DNA from: a virus
Lineage: Duplodnaviria; Caudoviricetes
Length of the DNA: 43,693 nt
Direction: 5' to 3' (one strand)
IMG/VR virus record: IMGVR_UViG_3300037473_000281
Coordinates: 1-43,693 of that record
The notes below the pieces were generated by a model. The model saw only the letters and a program-made list of their open reading frames with translations, had not been told where the DNA came from and ran no database searches. Of the stretch, positions 1 through 9,313 are shown one piece after another. Position 1 is the stretch's first letter. The number at the start of each line of letters is the position of its first letter. Both the position numbers and the translations under genes were made by a program.

Positions 1-103
1 CGCGGCCGAGCTCGTTCGCGGCGATGCGCGCGGTCTGCGGCGATGGGAGCTCGGCGCCGGCGCAGCCGCAGAGCAGCGCGCATGTGAGGGCAATCAACTT
101 CAT
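1..103 (-). CDS. Lipoprotein, 5' part only (possible lysis/spanin component)
   Basis: Manual translation MKLIALTCALLCGCAGAELPSP..., with lipobox LCGC and GAGG upstream; runs off the window. Confidence 0.6.
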   Translation of the reverse strand, partial: MKLIALTCALLCGCAGAELPSPQTARIAANELGR

Positions 104-109
104 GGAACC

Positions 110-871
110 TCAGAAGATGGTGTCGACATCGTGGTAGGCGAGGAAAGCGTTCAGGACGCCAGCGTTGTCCTGCGCGACGAAAAGCTCGTCACCCTGCAGC
201 AGCACCGGCGTCGCGGCGGCGCTCTGGCTACCGCCGTTCACCAACACCGAGTTCCACGTGTCGCCGGTTACGCCGCCGTCGGTGCTCTTGAGCATGAGCA
301 CGTTAGTGGACGAGCCGTCTTCGTTGAAGAAGTAGGCGAGCGCGGTGATTGGCTCCAGGCCAGAGATCCCCAGGGCAACCCTGGCCTTTCCCGACGCGGG
401 CGAGTCGAGTACCTTGGTTGGCGTCGCTGCCGTCGACAGCGTAGTGCGCTGCACGCCGCGGTTGGCGGCTTCCACGGAAGACAGTGAGATCAGCACAGTT
501 GCCGGGCCGGTGCCGGAAATCATCTCGGCAGTCAGCTGCTCTCCGGGACCGAGCGGCGGAATGATCTGCACCGGTGGGGTGCTCGCGGCGCCCGTGCTCG
601 CTCCACTCTTCGTGCACTTCTTGCCGTTGATCCGGAACTGAATGACGACATCATCGGGACCCGCGATGTTGTCGATCACCAACATGTCGGGAAACACGAT
701 CAGGTCGGACGGAACCGGCGGCATGACATCGACCTCGCCGTCGCCGGAATCGATCACCAGGCGCGCGAAACCTGCGTTAGCGCCCGCGTTGAAGATGCTG
801 ACTCCAAAACCAGCAGCACCTCTCTTGAGCGTGCGATTGAGAACGCTGGACAGCTTCTTTGGAGCAGGCAT
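110..871 (-). CDS. Hypothetical virion/tail-associated protein
   Basis: 253 aa, beta-rich, co-oriented downstream of the tail fibre genes. Confidence 0.55.
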   Translation of the reverse strand: MPAPKKLSSVLNRTLKRGAAGFGVSIFNAGANAGFARLVIDSGDGEVDVMPPVPSDLIVFPDMLVIDNIAGPDDVVIQFRINGKKCTKSGASTGAASTPPVQIIPPLGPGEQLTAEMISGTGPATVLISLSSVEAANRGVQRTTLSTAATPTKVLDSPASGKARVALGISGLEPITALAYFFNEDGSSTNVLMLKSTDGGVTGDTWNSVLVNGGSQSAAATPVLLQGDELFVAQDNAGVLNAFLAYHDVDTIF

Positions 872-883
872 CTTGGTGAATCC

Positions 884-1441
884 TTATCCGAGCAGCGGTG
901 CGTCGTCGTCGTCCGCGAGCAACGCGCCGTCGTCATCGAGCAGAAAGGCCAGACTTGCGGCCACGGGGTACGGCTCCGACACGTAGCCGTTGGCTGACAG
1001 GGAACCGCCGTAGTCGGCGCCGATCTGCATGATGCCGTCGCCGAAGTCCCACGGTGTGCCTGTTGCAGTGCCGTCGCCGATCGTCGCTCCGGAGACCTCG
1101 ATGGTGCCCGCGCTGGCGTTGAACGTGAACGCCATCTCTTGCATGGCGCTGAACGTAACGTTGCGCGAGACCAACTCGGTGGAGCCGTCTCGATCGAGCA
1201 CCACAACTCGCGTTGGCCCAGGCAGTAACGCGAAGCCAGCGACACCGACGCCGATGCCTGGCCGCGAGAGCGACAGCAGTGGCCGGATGTCCGGTGACGA
1301 TGAGTCGTCCCCAGGTATGTAGTAAATCTTGAACGCGCCGCCCTGTATGTCGGGTGGTGTTGAGTCGAACGTCAGATCATCCCGCGCGCTCTGTCCCGCA
1401 TGCGCGGCGTCCCAGAACTGTGCGTAGTGGCGCGATGTCAT
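884..1441 (-). CDS. Tail fibre-associated protein (possible lectin/LamG-like beta-sandwich)
   Basis: Directly follows the tail fibre; C-terminal FLLDDDGALLADDDDAPLL resembles motifs in fibre accessory proteins. Confidence 0.5.
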   Translation of the reverse strand: MTSRHYAQFWDAAHAGQSARDDLTFDSTPPDIQGGAFKIYYIPGDDSSSPDIRPLLSLSRPGIGVGVAGFALLPGPTRVVVLDRDGSTELVSRNVTFSAMQEMAFTFNASAGTIEVSGATIGDGTATGTPWDFGDGIMQIGADYGGSLSANGYVSEPYPVAASLAFLLDDDGALLADDDDAPLLG

Positions 1442-1444
1442 GGA

Positions 1445-2713
1445 TCACCAGCGCGGCACGAGGTTGCCGAGCTTGGCGTCCGGCGAATCCCGCAGAACCC
1501 ATCGCGCTCGACCGGACTGAAAGCCGCCGGAGAAGTTGAACTCCGTGTTGATCGAACGATAAGCGGCGATGTCGTGCGTCGAGTATGACCACGCGCGCAC
1601 GCGGCGCAGATGGACGGTATTGATGGGAGTCTGACCGCCGCCGGCGTTCCACGATTGCTTCCAGATCAACGTGCGTCCGCGGCACTCGAAGATGCGGATC
1701 ACGGAATCTGCCGAGTAGGCCTGGCTGTCGACGATCGTTACTCCGCCGTCGGTGGAGCGCGCAAGTTTCGGCGTGGTCGACGCGCCGTCGCTGAAGACCA
1801 CGCTGGCCGAGTCCTCGTCGTACACCAGCTGCGGGTTTGCGGTTGCGTACGTCGCAAGAGAAGCGCCCGACACGAGCGCGGTTGCGCCCATGTCGTCGGT
1901 GTACGACAGATGCCTGACGCCGCCGATCGTCTGGTAGGCGACCACACGCCCGCCGGGCATCACGCACACGTCGGCCGTGGCATCGGACGACACCTTCGTG
2001 AAGTTCGCGGTTGCGAACCCGGTCGACATCTGCGCCTTGTACAGACCGGCCGACGCGCAGACCCAGAAGTAGAGGTTGGTGTCGTCGCTGTTGTACTTGT
2101 CGAAGACGACGCGCGTGAAGTTTGGCGTGCCGCTATCGGCGGTACCCGCGTTCGACTGCGGAGCCGTCAATGGAACGCTCGCGGACAGGCCGCGGTTCAG
2201 GCCGCGCCACGCGCCACCGTTTCCGACCGCGAGCGCGACCCAGCCTGGCACAGTCGGATCGGTCCGGCCGATCGCCACGCCCACGTAGGTCGCTGTACCG
2301 CTCTCAGCGTCCACCCAGCTTATGCCGTTGTCTTCCGACAGGTAGCAGACGTTCGTGCCGACAGCGACGAGCACATCGCACGGAACGCCGTCGATCTGCG
2401 GGTCGACCTGCTCCGTTGCAATCGCGCCGTAGGCTCCGGGCGCGGTGATGGTCTGGTACCCTCCGCCGAGCGTCTGCGCGAACTGCGAGTCCTGCGTGAT
2501 GTCGCGGAGCGTATCGGCCAGCTGTCGATAGCTGGTGGGGTCGATCGTGAAACCCGGCAGCTCGATCGCGTTGGCGATCTCCTCCTGCTGGTGGTCGAAC
2601 CAATCAGGCTCGAGATCGGTTGGGGCAACGCCGGGCGCAGTCGCGGCGCGGAACCCGTGCTTTCCGGTGCCGAACTTGTCGGTCTGCTTGGTTAGGGTAC
2701 TGATGCGCTTCAT
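1445..2713 (-). CDS. Tail fibre/receptor-binding protein with Asp-box repeats
   Basis: Mu/P27-type fibre N-terminus (GF..PTDLEPDWFDHQQEEIANAIE..G..IDP..YRQL); Asp-boxes SEDNGISW, YTDDMGAT, STDGGVT; follows the gp48-like gene. Confidence 0.85.
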   Translation of the reverse strand: MKRISTLTKQTDKFGTGKHGFRAATAPGVAPTDLEPDWFDHQQEEIANAIELPGFTIDPTSYRQLADTLRDITQDSQFAQTLGGGYQTITAPGAYGAIATEQVDPQIDGVPCDVLVAVGTNVCYLSEDNGISWVDAESGTATYVGVAIGRTDPTVPGWVALAVGNGGAWRGLNRGLSASVPLTAPQSNAGTADSGTPNFTRVVFDKYNSDDTNLYFWVCASAGLYKAQMSTGFATANFTKVSSDATADVCVMPGGRVVAYQTIGGVRHLSYTDDMGATALVSGASLATYATANPQLVYDEDSASVVFSDGASTTPKLARSTDGGVTIVDSQAYSADSVIRIFECRGRTLIWKQSWNAGGGQTPINTVHLRRVRAWSYSTHDIAAYRSINTEFNFSGGFQSGRARWVLRDSPDAKLGNLVPRW

Positions 2714-2719
2714 TGGTGG

Positions 2720-3388
2720 TCAGACCCCGAAGTAAATGGTGCCGAGCTCGTCGGCAGCGAGCGCACTTTGGTTGCCGTTGTTCGGATCCACGAACACAGC
2801 AGCGCCGCTGCGCGTGAACGTGCCGTCGGAGAAGAAGCAGAGTGGAAACGCGAACTCGGCGGCGTACTGCGCGAGCACCTTCTTGCTGACCTGGCACTCG
2901 GCAACATCGTCGATCTGGCCATGCTTGATGTGGAACTCGTAGACGAACAGCCAGTCGCGCTCCTGCATTGGGTCGGTGCAGGCCGACTCGCACGTGAACG
3001 GCTGCCTGTAAAAGCGCCGGATGACGATGTCAGCGTCCGCGTAGCCGAGCGCGACGATCAGCGAGCGCAGGAACGGCTCGCTAGGGCCGCCGCTCCAGCC
3101 ACCACGCGAGATGACGCGCGCCGTGAGCGCGGCGCGACGGTCGGCGAGCGTAGTCGGCGCCACTGCGCAAGCGTCGGGCAGGCCGTAGACCCGCTCCCAA
3201 TCCGCGATCATCTCGGTGACGGTGCGCGGGTCCATCTCCAGCAGGAGATCCGCTGCACGGTCGACCACGCGCCCGAACGATTTGGCAAGCGCCGTGTGGA
3301 GGGCGTGCGCCGTCGACGTTGTGGATCGCGTCCACGCTTTGCCGGGAGGCAGCAGCTCCTTCAGCTTCTCGGTGTAGTCGGCCGCCAT
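2720..3388 (-). CDS. Baseplate wedge protein, Mu gp48/YmfQ (DUF2313)-like
   Basis: LKELLPPGKAW, LLLEMDPRT..EMIADWERVYGLPD.C motifs; follows baseplate J. Confidence 0.9.
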   Translation of the reverse strand: MAADYTEKLKELLPPGKAWTRSTTSTAHALHTALAKSFGRVVDRAADLLLEMDPRTVTEMIADWERVYGLPDACAVAPTTLADRRAALTARVISRGGWSGGPSEPFLRSLIVALGYADADIVIRRFYRQPFTCESACTDPMQERDWLFVYEFHIKHGQIDDVAECQVSKKVLAQYAAEFAFPLCFFSDGTFTRSGAAVFVDPNNGNQSALAADELGTIYFGV

Positions 3389-3390
3389 GG

Positions 3391-4473
3391 TCAGCTGAAG
3401 ACGGGTGTGCCGTAGATGGCAATCTCGCCAAAGGCGTGGGTCACGTCTGCGGCAGGGAGCGTGAGGACGTGATCAGTCTCGCCCTCGGCTTCGCTGATGG
3501 CCTCGTTCACGTGCGACAGCTTGATCGTGCCGCCGGGCACGGCGTCGCGCGCCAGAAGGTCGTAGATCTCCGCTTCGACCGCTGGTTCGACCAAGGGGTC
3601 ACCGTTCGGCGTAAGCGTCACGGTGTAGTCGAACGCAACCGGCGTCGGCGCGAACACGATCACCTCGGCCGACGAGCGCGCATCGAGATAGGCTTGAACC
3701 TCGGCGACCTTCGTGTTGTCGGGGATGATGCCTGACGGATTCAGGATGTCGCCATCGCCGTCGCAGACGAAAGTGAGCGCCACCTTGCCGAGCGCCTGAT
3801 TGCCGACGCCGTTAGTGCCGCCGTACTCCCACGCGCGAGTGACGCCAGGAACCTCGAGCGCCCACGTAACGTGGTCGCCGGGTGCGCCGCCCATGGGCGG
3901 GCGCTGCAACCGGTCCAATAGGCGCTCCAACAGCGCGGGGATCGTCTCCTGGTCGGTGCCGCCTTCGATGTCGGCGTTGATGGTCGCGATGCTGTCGACG
4001 CCGCTGATGGGCGAGACGAGCTGGAGCGTCTGCCCCGCGAGGGTGTCGCCAGCCGCTCCGGGCGTGACCGCGGTGACGGCCACGGTCGAAGCCGTGATCG
4101 CGTTCGCGTCCGCGTCGGTCGAGAACGTAGCGCCGTCGGCGAGCCGCACCCAAAGCGCGCCCTGCAGCATGTTGCCGCCCGTGCCGGTGACAGCGATCGT
4201 GCCCTGCGCCGGTACCGCCGGCTTGCGCGTGAGCCCGAACAGCTCTGCCCACCGCACCACGTACGCATCGGACGCCTTGTCCGGGATGATCTGGTCAGCG
4301 TTCCAGTCGAGGTGATCGTGCAGGCCGTCAGCGAGACCTGCCGGCGCCATCGCGAGGGCGCGCTCGGGTCGGCGGCGCAGCTGCGCGTTGACGCCCGTTA
4401 GCTCACCCTCGACGTCGGTCTGCGCCTGCTCGAGCAGCTCAGCTGTCGTCGGGCGCGTGAAATCGGTTCCCAT
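3391..4473 (-). CDS. Baseplate J/Mu gp47 family protein
   Basis: FTRPT, QIIPDKA, GGTDQE, PPMGGAPGD..WALEVPGVTRAW motifs. Confidence 0.95.
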   Translation of the reverse strand: MGTDFTRPTTAELLEQAQTDVEGELTGVNAQLRRRPERALAMAPAGLADGLHDHLDWNADQIIPDKASDAYVVRWAELFGLTRKPAVPAQGTIAVTGTGGNMLQGALWVRLADGATFSTDADANAITASTVAVTAVTPGAAGDTLAGQTLQLVSPISGVDSIATINADIEGGTDQETIPALLERLLDRLQRPPMGGAPGDHVTWALEVPGVTRAWEYGGTNGVGNQALGKVALTFVCDGDGDILNPSGIIPDNTKVAEVQAYLDARSSAEVIVFAPTPVAFDYTVTLTPNGDPLVEPAVEAEIYDLLARDAVPGGTIKLSHVNEAISEAEGETDHVLTLPAADVTHAFGEIAIYGTPVFS

Positions 4474-4476
4474 GCT

Positions 4477-4983
4477 CTACGGAGCCTCCAGCACGTTTCC
4501 GCTCACGGCTTCCCAGACGCGTTGCCATCGCTGCCCGTTGCGGCGGATGATCTGGACCGACAGCACCATCAAGCCCTCGCTCGAAGTGCCGGGTTGGAAT
4601 CGGTGCTCGTAGATGGCGGGCCCTTCCCCAAACCACCACGTCTCGACGTTCACCTCGCGCGCGATGTCGTCGTCGAGCAGCCACTGCAGCGCTTCCTCAG
4701 CGTACGTCTTGCCGCGCGCCAGCGACTCGTCGCTCCTGAGAGCGCGCGCCAGCAGCCAAAGCTTCGAGCCTTCGACGTCGCCGTCGATCTCCGGAAAGCT
4801 GTCGCCCCACCAACCGCGGTTTTGGTCCGGCGTGAGTCCGGCTTCCGCGAGCTCGTCGCCGGTCGCGCGCGCGTCCTGAAACAGCGAGAGGATGACGGCA
4901 GTCTCGAGACCGTCGTCGACCTGCAGGCCGTTGTCGTTGACGAAGTCCATGCCGTCGGCCGTTTGGGCCAGCCGCAGACTCAT
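4477..4983 (-). CDS. Mu gp46-like baseplate protein
   Basis: LETAVILSLF.DAR, RGWWGD, GSKLWLL, YAEEALQWL motifs; ATG at 4983 overlaps the upstream stop. Confidence 0.92.
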   Translation of the reverse strand: MSLRLAQTADGMDFVNDNGLQVDDGLETAVILSLFQDARATGDELAEAGLTPDQNRGWWGDSFPEIDGDVEGSKLWLLARALRSDESLARGKTYAEEALQWLLDDDIAREVNVETWWFGEGPAIYEHRFQPGTSSEGLMVLSVQIIRRNGQRWQRVWEAVSGNVLEAP

Positions 4984-5168
4984 TGCGCGAACCACTCGGG
5001 CGTCGGGTTGCCGTTGGTGTCGAGGACAGCGGTCCCCGTTTCCTCTGGCGTCACGTCACCCGTGACCACGTCGCGCAACACGGTCGCCGTGCTGTTGTCC
5101 GGGTACAGGTATTTCACCCGCAGCTCGCCCTCGACGAGGGAAGCCATGTAGGCGACGTGGTGTGCCAT
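4980..5168 (-). CDS. Small hypothetical protein (62 aa)
   Basis: ATGA-coupled to the gp46-like gene and fills the gap next to the moron. Confidence 0.5.
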   Translation of the reverse strand: MAHHVAYMASLVEGELRVKYLYPDNSTATVLRDVVTGDVTPEETGTAVLDTNGNPTPEWFAQ

Positions 5169-5202
5169 TTGTTAATGCTTTCGCACCGTTAGGTCGGGGT
5201 GA

Positions 5203-5236
5203 TTGACGCGGGGCGCGAATCCATCACGCTTTACGC
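5203..5236 (+). promoter_or_regulatory. Putative sigma70-type promoter of the moron (leaderless)
   Basis: TTGACG-N16-CACGCT-N6-ATG; no Shine-Dalgarno sequence. Confidence 0.5.
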
Positions 5237-6055
5237 ATGAGATCGCTTGCCCTGCTCGCCGTGATTGCCGCCATTGGCTGCTCGTCTTCGCCACCACATC
5301 CGCACGCGATGCAGCTCGACGCCAGCGCGTTCGACGGCGGCGAGGCGCAGCTGCTAGGACCGCTGGGCGGCGGACATGAGGCGGATGCGGATGCAGACGG
5401 CTCGCGGCAGGTCAACCACAAACCCATGCGCGGCACGTCAGATGCCGAAGCGGCTACCGTCGATGCCGGTGATGCCGGCATGTTGAGCGCGGATGCCGCA
5501 AGCACTGCCGAGCAAGACGCCGCGGCGCCGCCACCGCCGCTGGTCTTCCACTGCCCGCTAGGCGACGGCGACGCTGACGCCGATGGTTACCCGGACGCTT
5601 GCGACACGGTGCTGTGGGACATCGATTCGCCGGCGTACGACGCCAGTTCGTTCGCGCCTTTCACGACAGCGTTTGCGCGGTTTCGCATCCAGCGCAGCGA
5701 CAACCTTTACCTATTCGTCGACGTGCCAATCGATGGGACGGCGACGACTCGCAGCGTTACTGACGGTGCCTCGGTCTCCGCGCAGGTGACGAGCGCGATC
5801 ATGATGGGCACGTTCGACGATATCCGTGACGCCCTAACGAACAAGAAGTGGTCTACCGTAGCCGCGACCGAAGCGCGCAACGCCTTTCGCTTCTCAGACC
5901 AACTCCATCCCGGCGGTGCCACAGCCCTCATGCAGACCCCGAACCACACCAATCCGATCGCCAGCACTGCGACCATCACGCGCCTGGTGACGGACTCCTA
6001 CGCTACGGCCGACGGCACGACCGTCAAGATTCACTGGCAGGTCCGCGGCTACTAG
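5237..6055 (+). CDS. Moron lipoprotein inserted antisense in the baseplate operon
   Basis: Signal peptide with lipobox (MRSLALLAVIAAIGC); Asp/Ala/Gly-rich linker; TSP3-like D.DADGYPDACD motif; opposite strand to its neighbours. Confidence 0.8.
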   Translation: MRSLALLAVIAAIGCSSSPPHPHAMQLDASAFDGGEAQLLGPLGGGHEADADADGSRQVNHKPMRGTSDAEAATVDAGDAGMLSADAASTAEQDAAAPPPPLVFHCPLGDGDADADGYPDACDTVLWDIDSPAYDASSFAPFTTAFARFRIQRSDNLYLFVDVPIDGTATTRSVTDGASVSAQVTSAIMMGTFDDIRDALTNKKWSTVAATEARNAFRFSDQLHPGGATALMQTPNHTNPIASTATITRLVTDSYATADGTTVKIHWQVRGY

Positions 6056-6504
6056 CTCCACGTGCTGACGGTGTTCGGTGGCGCGACCAGCGTCGCTGTG
6101 CCCGCCTTCATCCACGTGTCGATCGCGTCGCTGATCGCCGTAGCCGCAAGCGTGTGCGTCGCGGGTTTGGCCGCGGCGAATAGCGCGGCGAAGCCGACCG
6201 CTCCCGCCGGTGGCGTCGCGGTGAACACGGGCGCCATGCCCACGCCCACCGCGGCGCCGAACGCCGCGAAGGCCGCTTCCATCGCGGCAGCAGTGGTCGC
6301 CGCCACGCTGTTGGCGAACGCGCTCTGCAGTGCCGTCTTCAGCGTCGCGGCAGCGCTTGCGACCGCCGCCGATGGCGGCACCACTCCGCCCGCGTACGTC
6401 TGCATGGCGTCAGCCCAGGCCTGCGCGCAGTCGGCGATGGTCGCGCCCGGAGACGCGGCCAAATCTTCGATGTCCGACTTCAGTCCCGACTTCGAGAGCG
6501 TCAT
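6052..6504 (-). CDS. Ala-rich hypothetical baseplate-region protein
   Basis: 150 aa, TGATG-coupled to the spike gene. Confidence 0.7.
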   Translation of the reverse strand: MTLSKSGLKSDIEDLAASPGATIADCAQAWADAMQTYAGGVVPPSAAVASAAATLKTALQSAFANSVAATTAAAMEAAFAAFGAAVGVGMAPVFTATPPAGAVGFAALFAAAKPATHTLAATAISDAIDTWMKAGTATLVAPPNTVSTWS

Positions 6505-7049
6505 CAGGTTCCCGGCGTCGGTGTTCCGGACGGGCCCATCGCTGTCGGGTGCAGGTGCTGGCTCAGCGTCACGGAAGTCGCGGGGCTCGCGCTCTTCGCC
6601 GTCACCTCTCCAGTGGCCTCGATGTCACCGTTCACCTTGAGCTTGGGCGACAGCCCGCCGGGCGTGCACTCGATCGAACCGTCGAGCTTGAGCACGATCT
6701 TCGCCGGTGTTGGACCGTCGCTGTAGATCACGGTCTCGCCGTCCTGCAGTCCCTTCGGCCTTGCCGAGCGATTGGACACGCAGAGCGCAACGGTGTTGGT
6801 CCCGCGCCCGCCCACGCGCAGCGCCACGCCCTCCGCGCCCTTCAGCGGGACGTGCGACAGTCCACCGGGCTGCAGGTGCTCGACATCGTCATCGATCTCG
6901 TCAGCGACGCCCTCGACCTTCAGGGCCTGAAACTTCTTGGCATCGTTGACGGCGTCGACCACGATCCGAACCACCATGTTGCGCACGCGGTTCTCGAGCG
7001 GCTTCATCAACCGCTTCAAGAGCCGGATGGCCTGCTCGGTCGGCGTCAC
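6504..7049 (-). CDS. Baseplate spike, Mu gp45/gpV-like
   Basis: VEHLQPGGLSHVP, RPKGLQDGETVIY, C-terminal SLSQHLH-type HxH tip motif (TLSQHLH). Confidence 0.92.
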   Translation of the reverse strand: MTPTEQAIRLLKRLMKPLENRVRNMVVRIVVDAVNDAKKFQALKVEGVADEIDDDVEHLQPGGLSHVPLKGAEGVALRVGGRGTNTVALCVSNRSARPKGLQDGETVIYSDGPTPAKIVLKLDGSIECTPGGLSPKLKVNGDIEATGEVTAKSASPATSVTLSQHLHPTAMGPSGTPTPGT

Positions 7050-8101
7050 CGCTTGCCTCGCCGCACCTTCGGCTCATCGAGCACGTCGTAGGCCGCGCGA
7101 TCGGCGAGCTGCAGCGTCGCCGTCTGCTTGCCCTTCTGGTCCTGGTACAGCTCGGAGGACGTGATCAGCAGGTTGCTGTCGACGCCAAGCACGGTGTCTG
7201 TAAATCGCGGCATCGTGTTGGGCTTCCAGATGCCGGAAAGCCCGCTCCACCCGTCGATCACACACGTGATCTGCTGGCTCTTGCCGGCCCGGATGTTGCG
7301 CTCCCACGTAGCGCGCCGCTTGATCTTCGCGACCGTGTCGTGGTGTTCGGGTGAGATGACGATCGGCCGGTAGCGCTTGACGGCGGGGTCGGTCACGACG
7401 TGCTTGATCTGATTGGCAGACGCGCCGTGCCAGTTGTCGTCGGCGCGCATCTGCGCCTTGAACGTGTAGAGGCTGAAGCGGTCTCGCCACGTGCCCGTAT
7501 AGGTGGCGCTCTCGATGTTGACGCCGCTGCGGATAAGCGACCCGGATGGCAGCCTGGTCGCGCGCGTGAGCAACAGGTCGCCCGCTGGCGTCGTCTGGAT
7601 GACGAGCCCGAACTTGCGCGTGAGCTGCGACAGCGCCTCAAAGACGGTCTCGCCCTCGTCGAGCTTGAAGTTGGCGACCGTCTCGGACAGTTCTAGGTCG
7701 GTGACCAGCGTACGGTCGATCGTGACGCTGATGCCGAACGGCTTGCATAGCAGCTCGGCGATCTTGAGGATCGACTTGCCGTAGATGCGCGAGCCCTTGT
7801 AGATGGCCGTGCAGTCACACAGGTCGGACGTGCGCGCGCGACCACTGATGCTCCACCGGTGTGTATGCGCGTCGTGAGACTCGATGCTGTCGTCGACGAA
7901 CCCGGTGAGGAACAGGTCGCCATCTACCTCGACCTCGACTTGCGTGCCCTCGTCGATGCGGATCCGCTGTGACGCGCTCTCGATGCTTTGGACGTACGAG
8001 GCCTCGAACGTCTGAGTGACCTCGTCGATGGTCGAGCGCAGCGTGCAGCTCGTGAGGTCCTGGTATCGGTTGCCGCCGATCAGGATGGCGACATCAAGCA
8101 T
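7046..8101 (-). CDS. Baseplate hub, Mu gp44/gpP-like
   Basis: GRARTSDLCDC, GETVFEAL, RDRFSLY, D..VKRYRP, RRATWERN.RAG, WKPN motifs. Confidence 0.93.
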   Translation of the reverse strand: MLDVAILIGGNRYQDLTSCTLRSTIDEVTQTFEASYVQSIESASQRIRIDEGTQVEVEVDGDLFLTGFVDDSIESHDAHTHRWSISGRARTSDLCDCTAIYKGSRIYGKSILKIAELLCKPFGISVTIDRTLVTDLELSETVANFKLDEGETVFEALSQLTRKFGLVIQTTPAGDLLLTRATRLPSGSLIRSGVNIESATYTGTWRDRFSLYTFKAQMRADDNWHGASANQIKHVVTDPAVKRYRPIVISPEHHDTVAKIKRRATWERNIRAGKSQQITCVIDGWSGLSGIWKPNTMPRFTDTVLGVDSNLLITSSELYQDQKGKQTATLQLADRAAYDVLDEPKVRRGKR

Positions 8102-9305
8102 TGGGGATCGCGAGCTCGATCAATCCAGGGATGGCGCACGCGTTGGCGATGCTGTTGCGCTCGACGATCTCGCGCGCGCGAGTCGCGTCACCGAACAGCC
8201 GGTAGGCCAGCACGAGCGCCTGTGTGTCGCGAGGCGGCGTGTAGCGGCCCAGGCCCGTCAGGTCCTTGGTGGAGCGTCGCAGGTGCGTGTGGAACGCGGC
8301 ACGCAGCGCCCGCATGGCCTGCGCGGCGTCACGCGTCATGGTGCCGCGCTGCAGCAGGCGGTCGAACACGGCGCCCGTGGCCTGCAGGGTCTCGTCCGCC
8401 TGGTCCGTGTTGTCGAAGTCTAGGTCGACCAGCTGGTCGAGCGACGACGCGAGAGCCGAGGACTCGATGAGATCGAACACGTCGGACTGGTTGTCGCGCT
8501 GCTTGTTGCGCGCCGTCGTCGTTCCCAGCACGGCCGGGAATCGGTCGCCGAGCGTGCCCAGCTGCGCCAGGTTGGCGAGCGTCTGCGCGATCAGCTCGTT
8601 GGACTTCACGGTGTCGACGCCCGAGCCCACGGCCGTCAGCACGCTGTTGATCAGGTCCTGGATGGCGAGCGCCAGCACAGACGGCGTGCGCAGCAGCGAG
8701 TTGGCCTCCGAGCTGAGGTTGTCGATCGCCGTGGAGATCTCGTTGACGAGGTTGATGCGGCTCTGGATGGAGTCGTTGATTTTCGCGAGCTCGTTCGTGA
8801 GGCCACGCGGCCCCTTGAGCAGCAGACCCACCGCTTTGGTGAGGAAGTCTGGCCCGCTCACGTCGAGCTTCGGCAGCGTCATTTTGGCGCGCAGCCTCGC
8901 CGACACTGCCTTTACGTTCGCGGCGGTGTCCACGCCCGGCAGCGTCGGCGCTTGCTTGCCCGCCAGGATGAACGGGATGACCAGGCGGGCCATGCCGCCT
9001 TCTCTGGTCGACTGCCGGACCCTGAACTTCCCGTTGACCTGCACCTGCTTGGTGCCCCGGTACGGGTGCACGAGCTTGCCGGGCCCATCCTGCGTGAGCG
9101 CGTCCTCGAGCCGTCGCAGCTGCGAGGCGTAGTTCGGTCCGATGACGAACGCTTCGATCGAGAACTCGGGCGTTTCCGGCCCCGTGTCCTCGATGCGGTT
9201 CACGCGCCCGGGGATCTCGTGCGCGATGACGACGCGCCCATCCTGATCGTCCGCGCTCTCGACTAAGAAGTCGACGTTGCGGAATGAGGCTGGTAGGCGG
9301 GCCAT
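8094..9305 (-). CDS. Mu gp43/gpN-like 'DNA circularisation' tail protein
   Basis: ASFRNVDFLV..HEIP..EDTG..GPGKLVHPY.G; C-terminal ALVLAYRLFGDATRA.EIV.RN. Confidence 0.92.
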   Translation of the reverse strand: MARLPASFRNVDFLVESADDQDGRVVIAHEIPGRVNRIEDTGPETPEFSIEAFVIGPNYASQLRRLEDALTQDGPGKLVHPYRGTKQVQVNGKFRVRQSTREGGMARLVIPFILAGKQAPTLPGVDTAANVKAVSARLRAKMTLPKLDVSGPDFLTKAVGLLLKGPRGLTNELAKINDSIQSRINLVNEISTAIDNLSSEANSLLRTPSVLALAIQDLINSVLTAVGSGVDTVKSNELIAQTLANLAQLGTLGDRFPAVLGTTTARNKQRDNQSDVFDLIESSALASSLDQLVDLDFDNTDQADETLQATGAVFDRLLQRGTMTRDAAQAMRALRAAFHTHLRRSTKDLTGLGRYTPPRDTQALVLAYRLFGDATRAREIVERNSIANACAIPGLIELAIPNA

Positions 9306-9313
9306 GGTCTAGC

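Noticed and set aside
110-2713. Tail-fibre diversification by DGR or invertase
   Set aside because: No reverse transcriptase, template/variable repeat pair, invertase or inverted cassette is seen within the window
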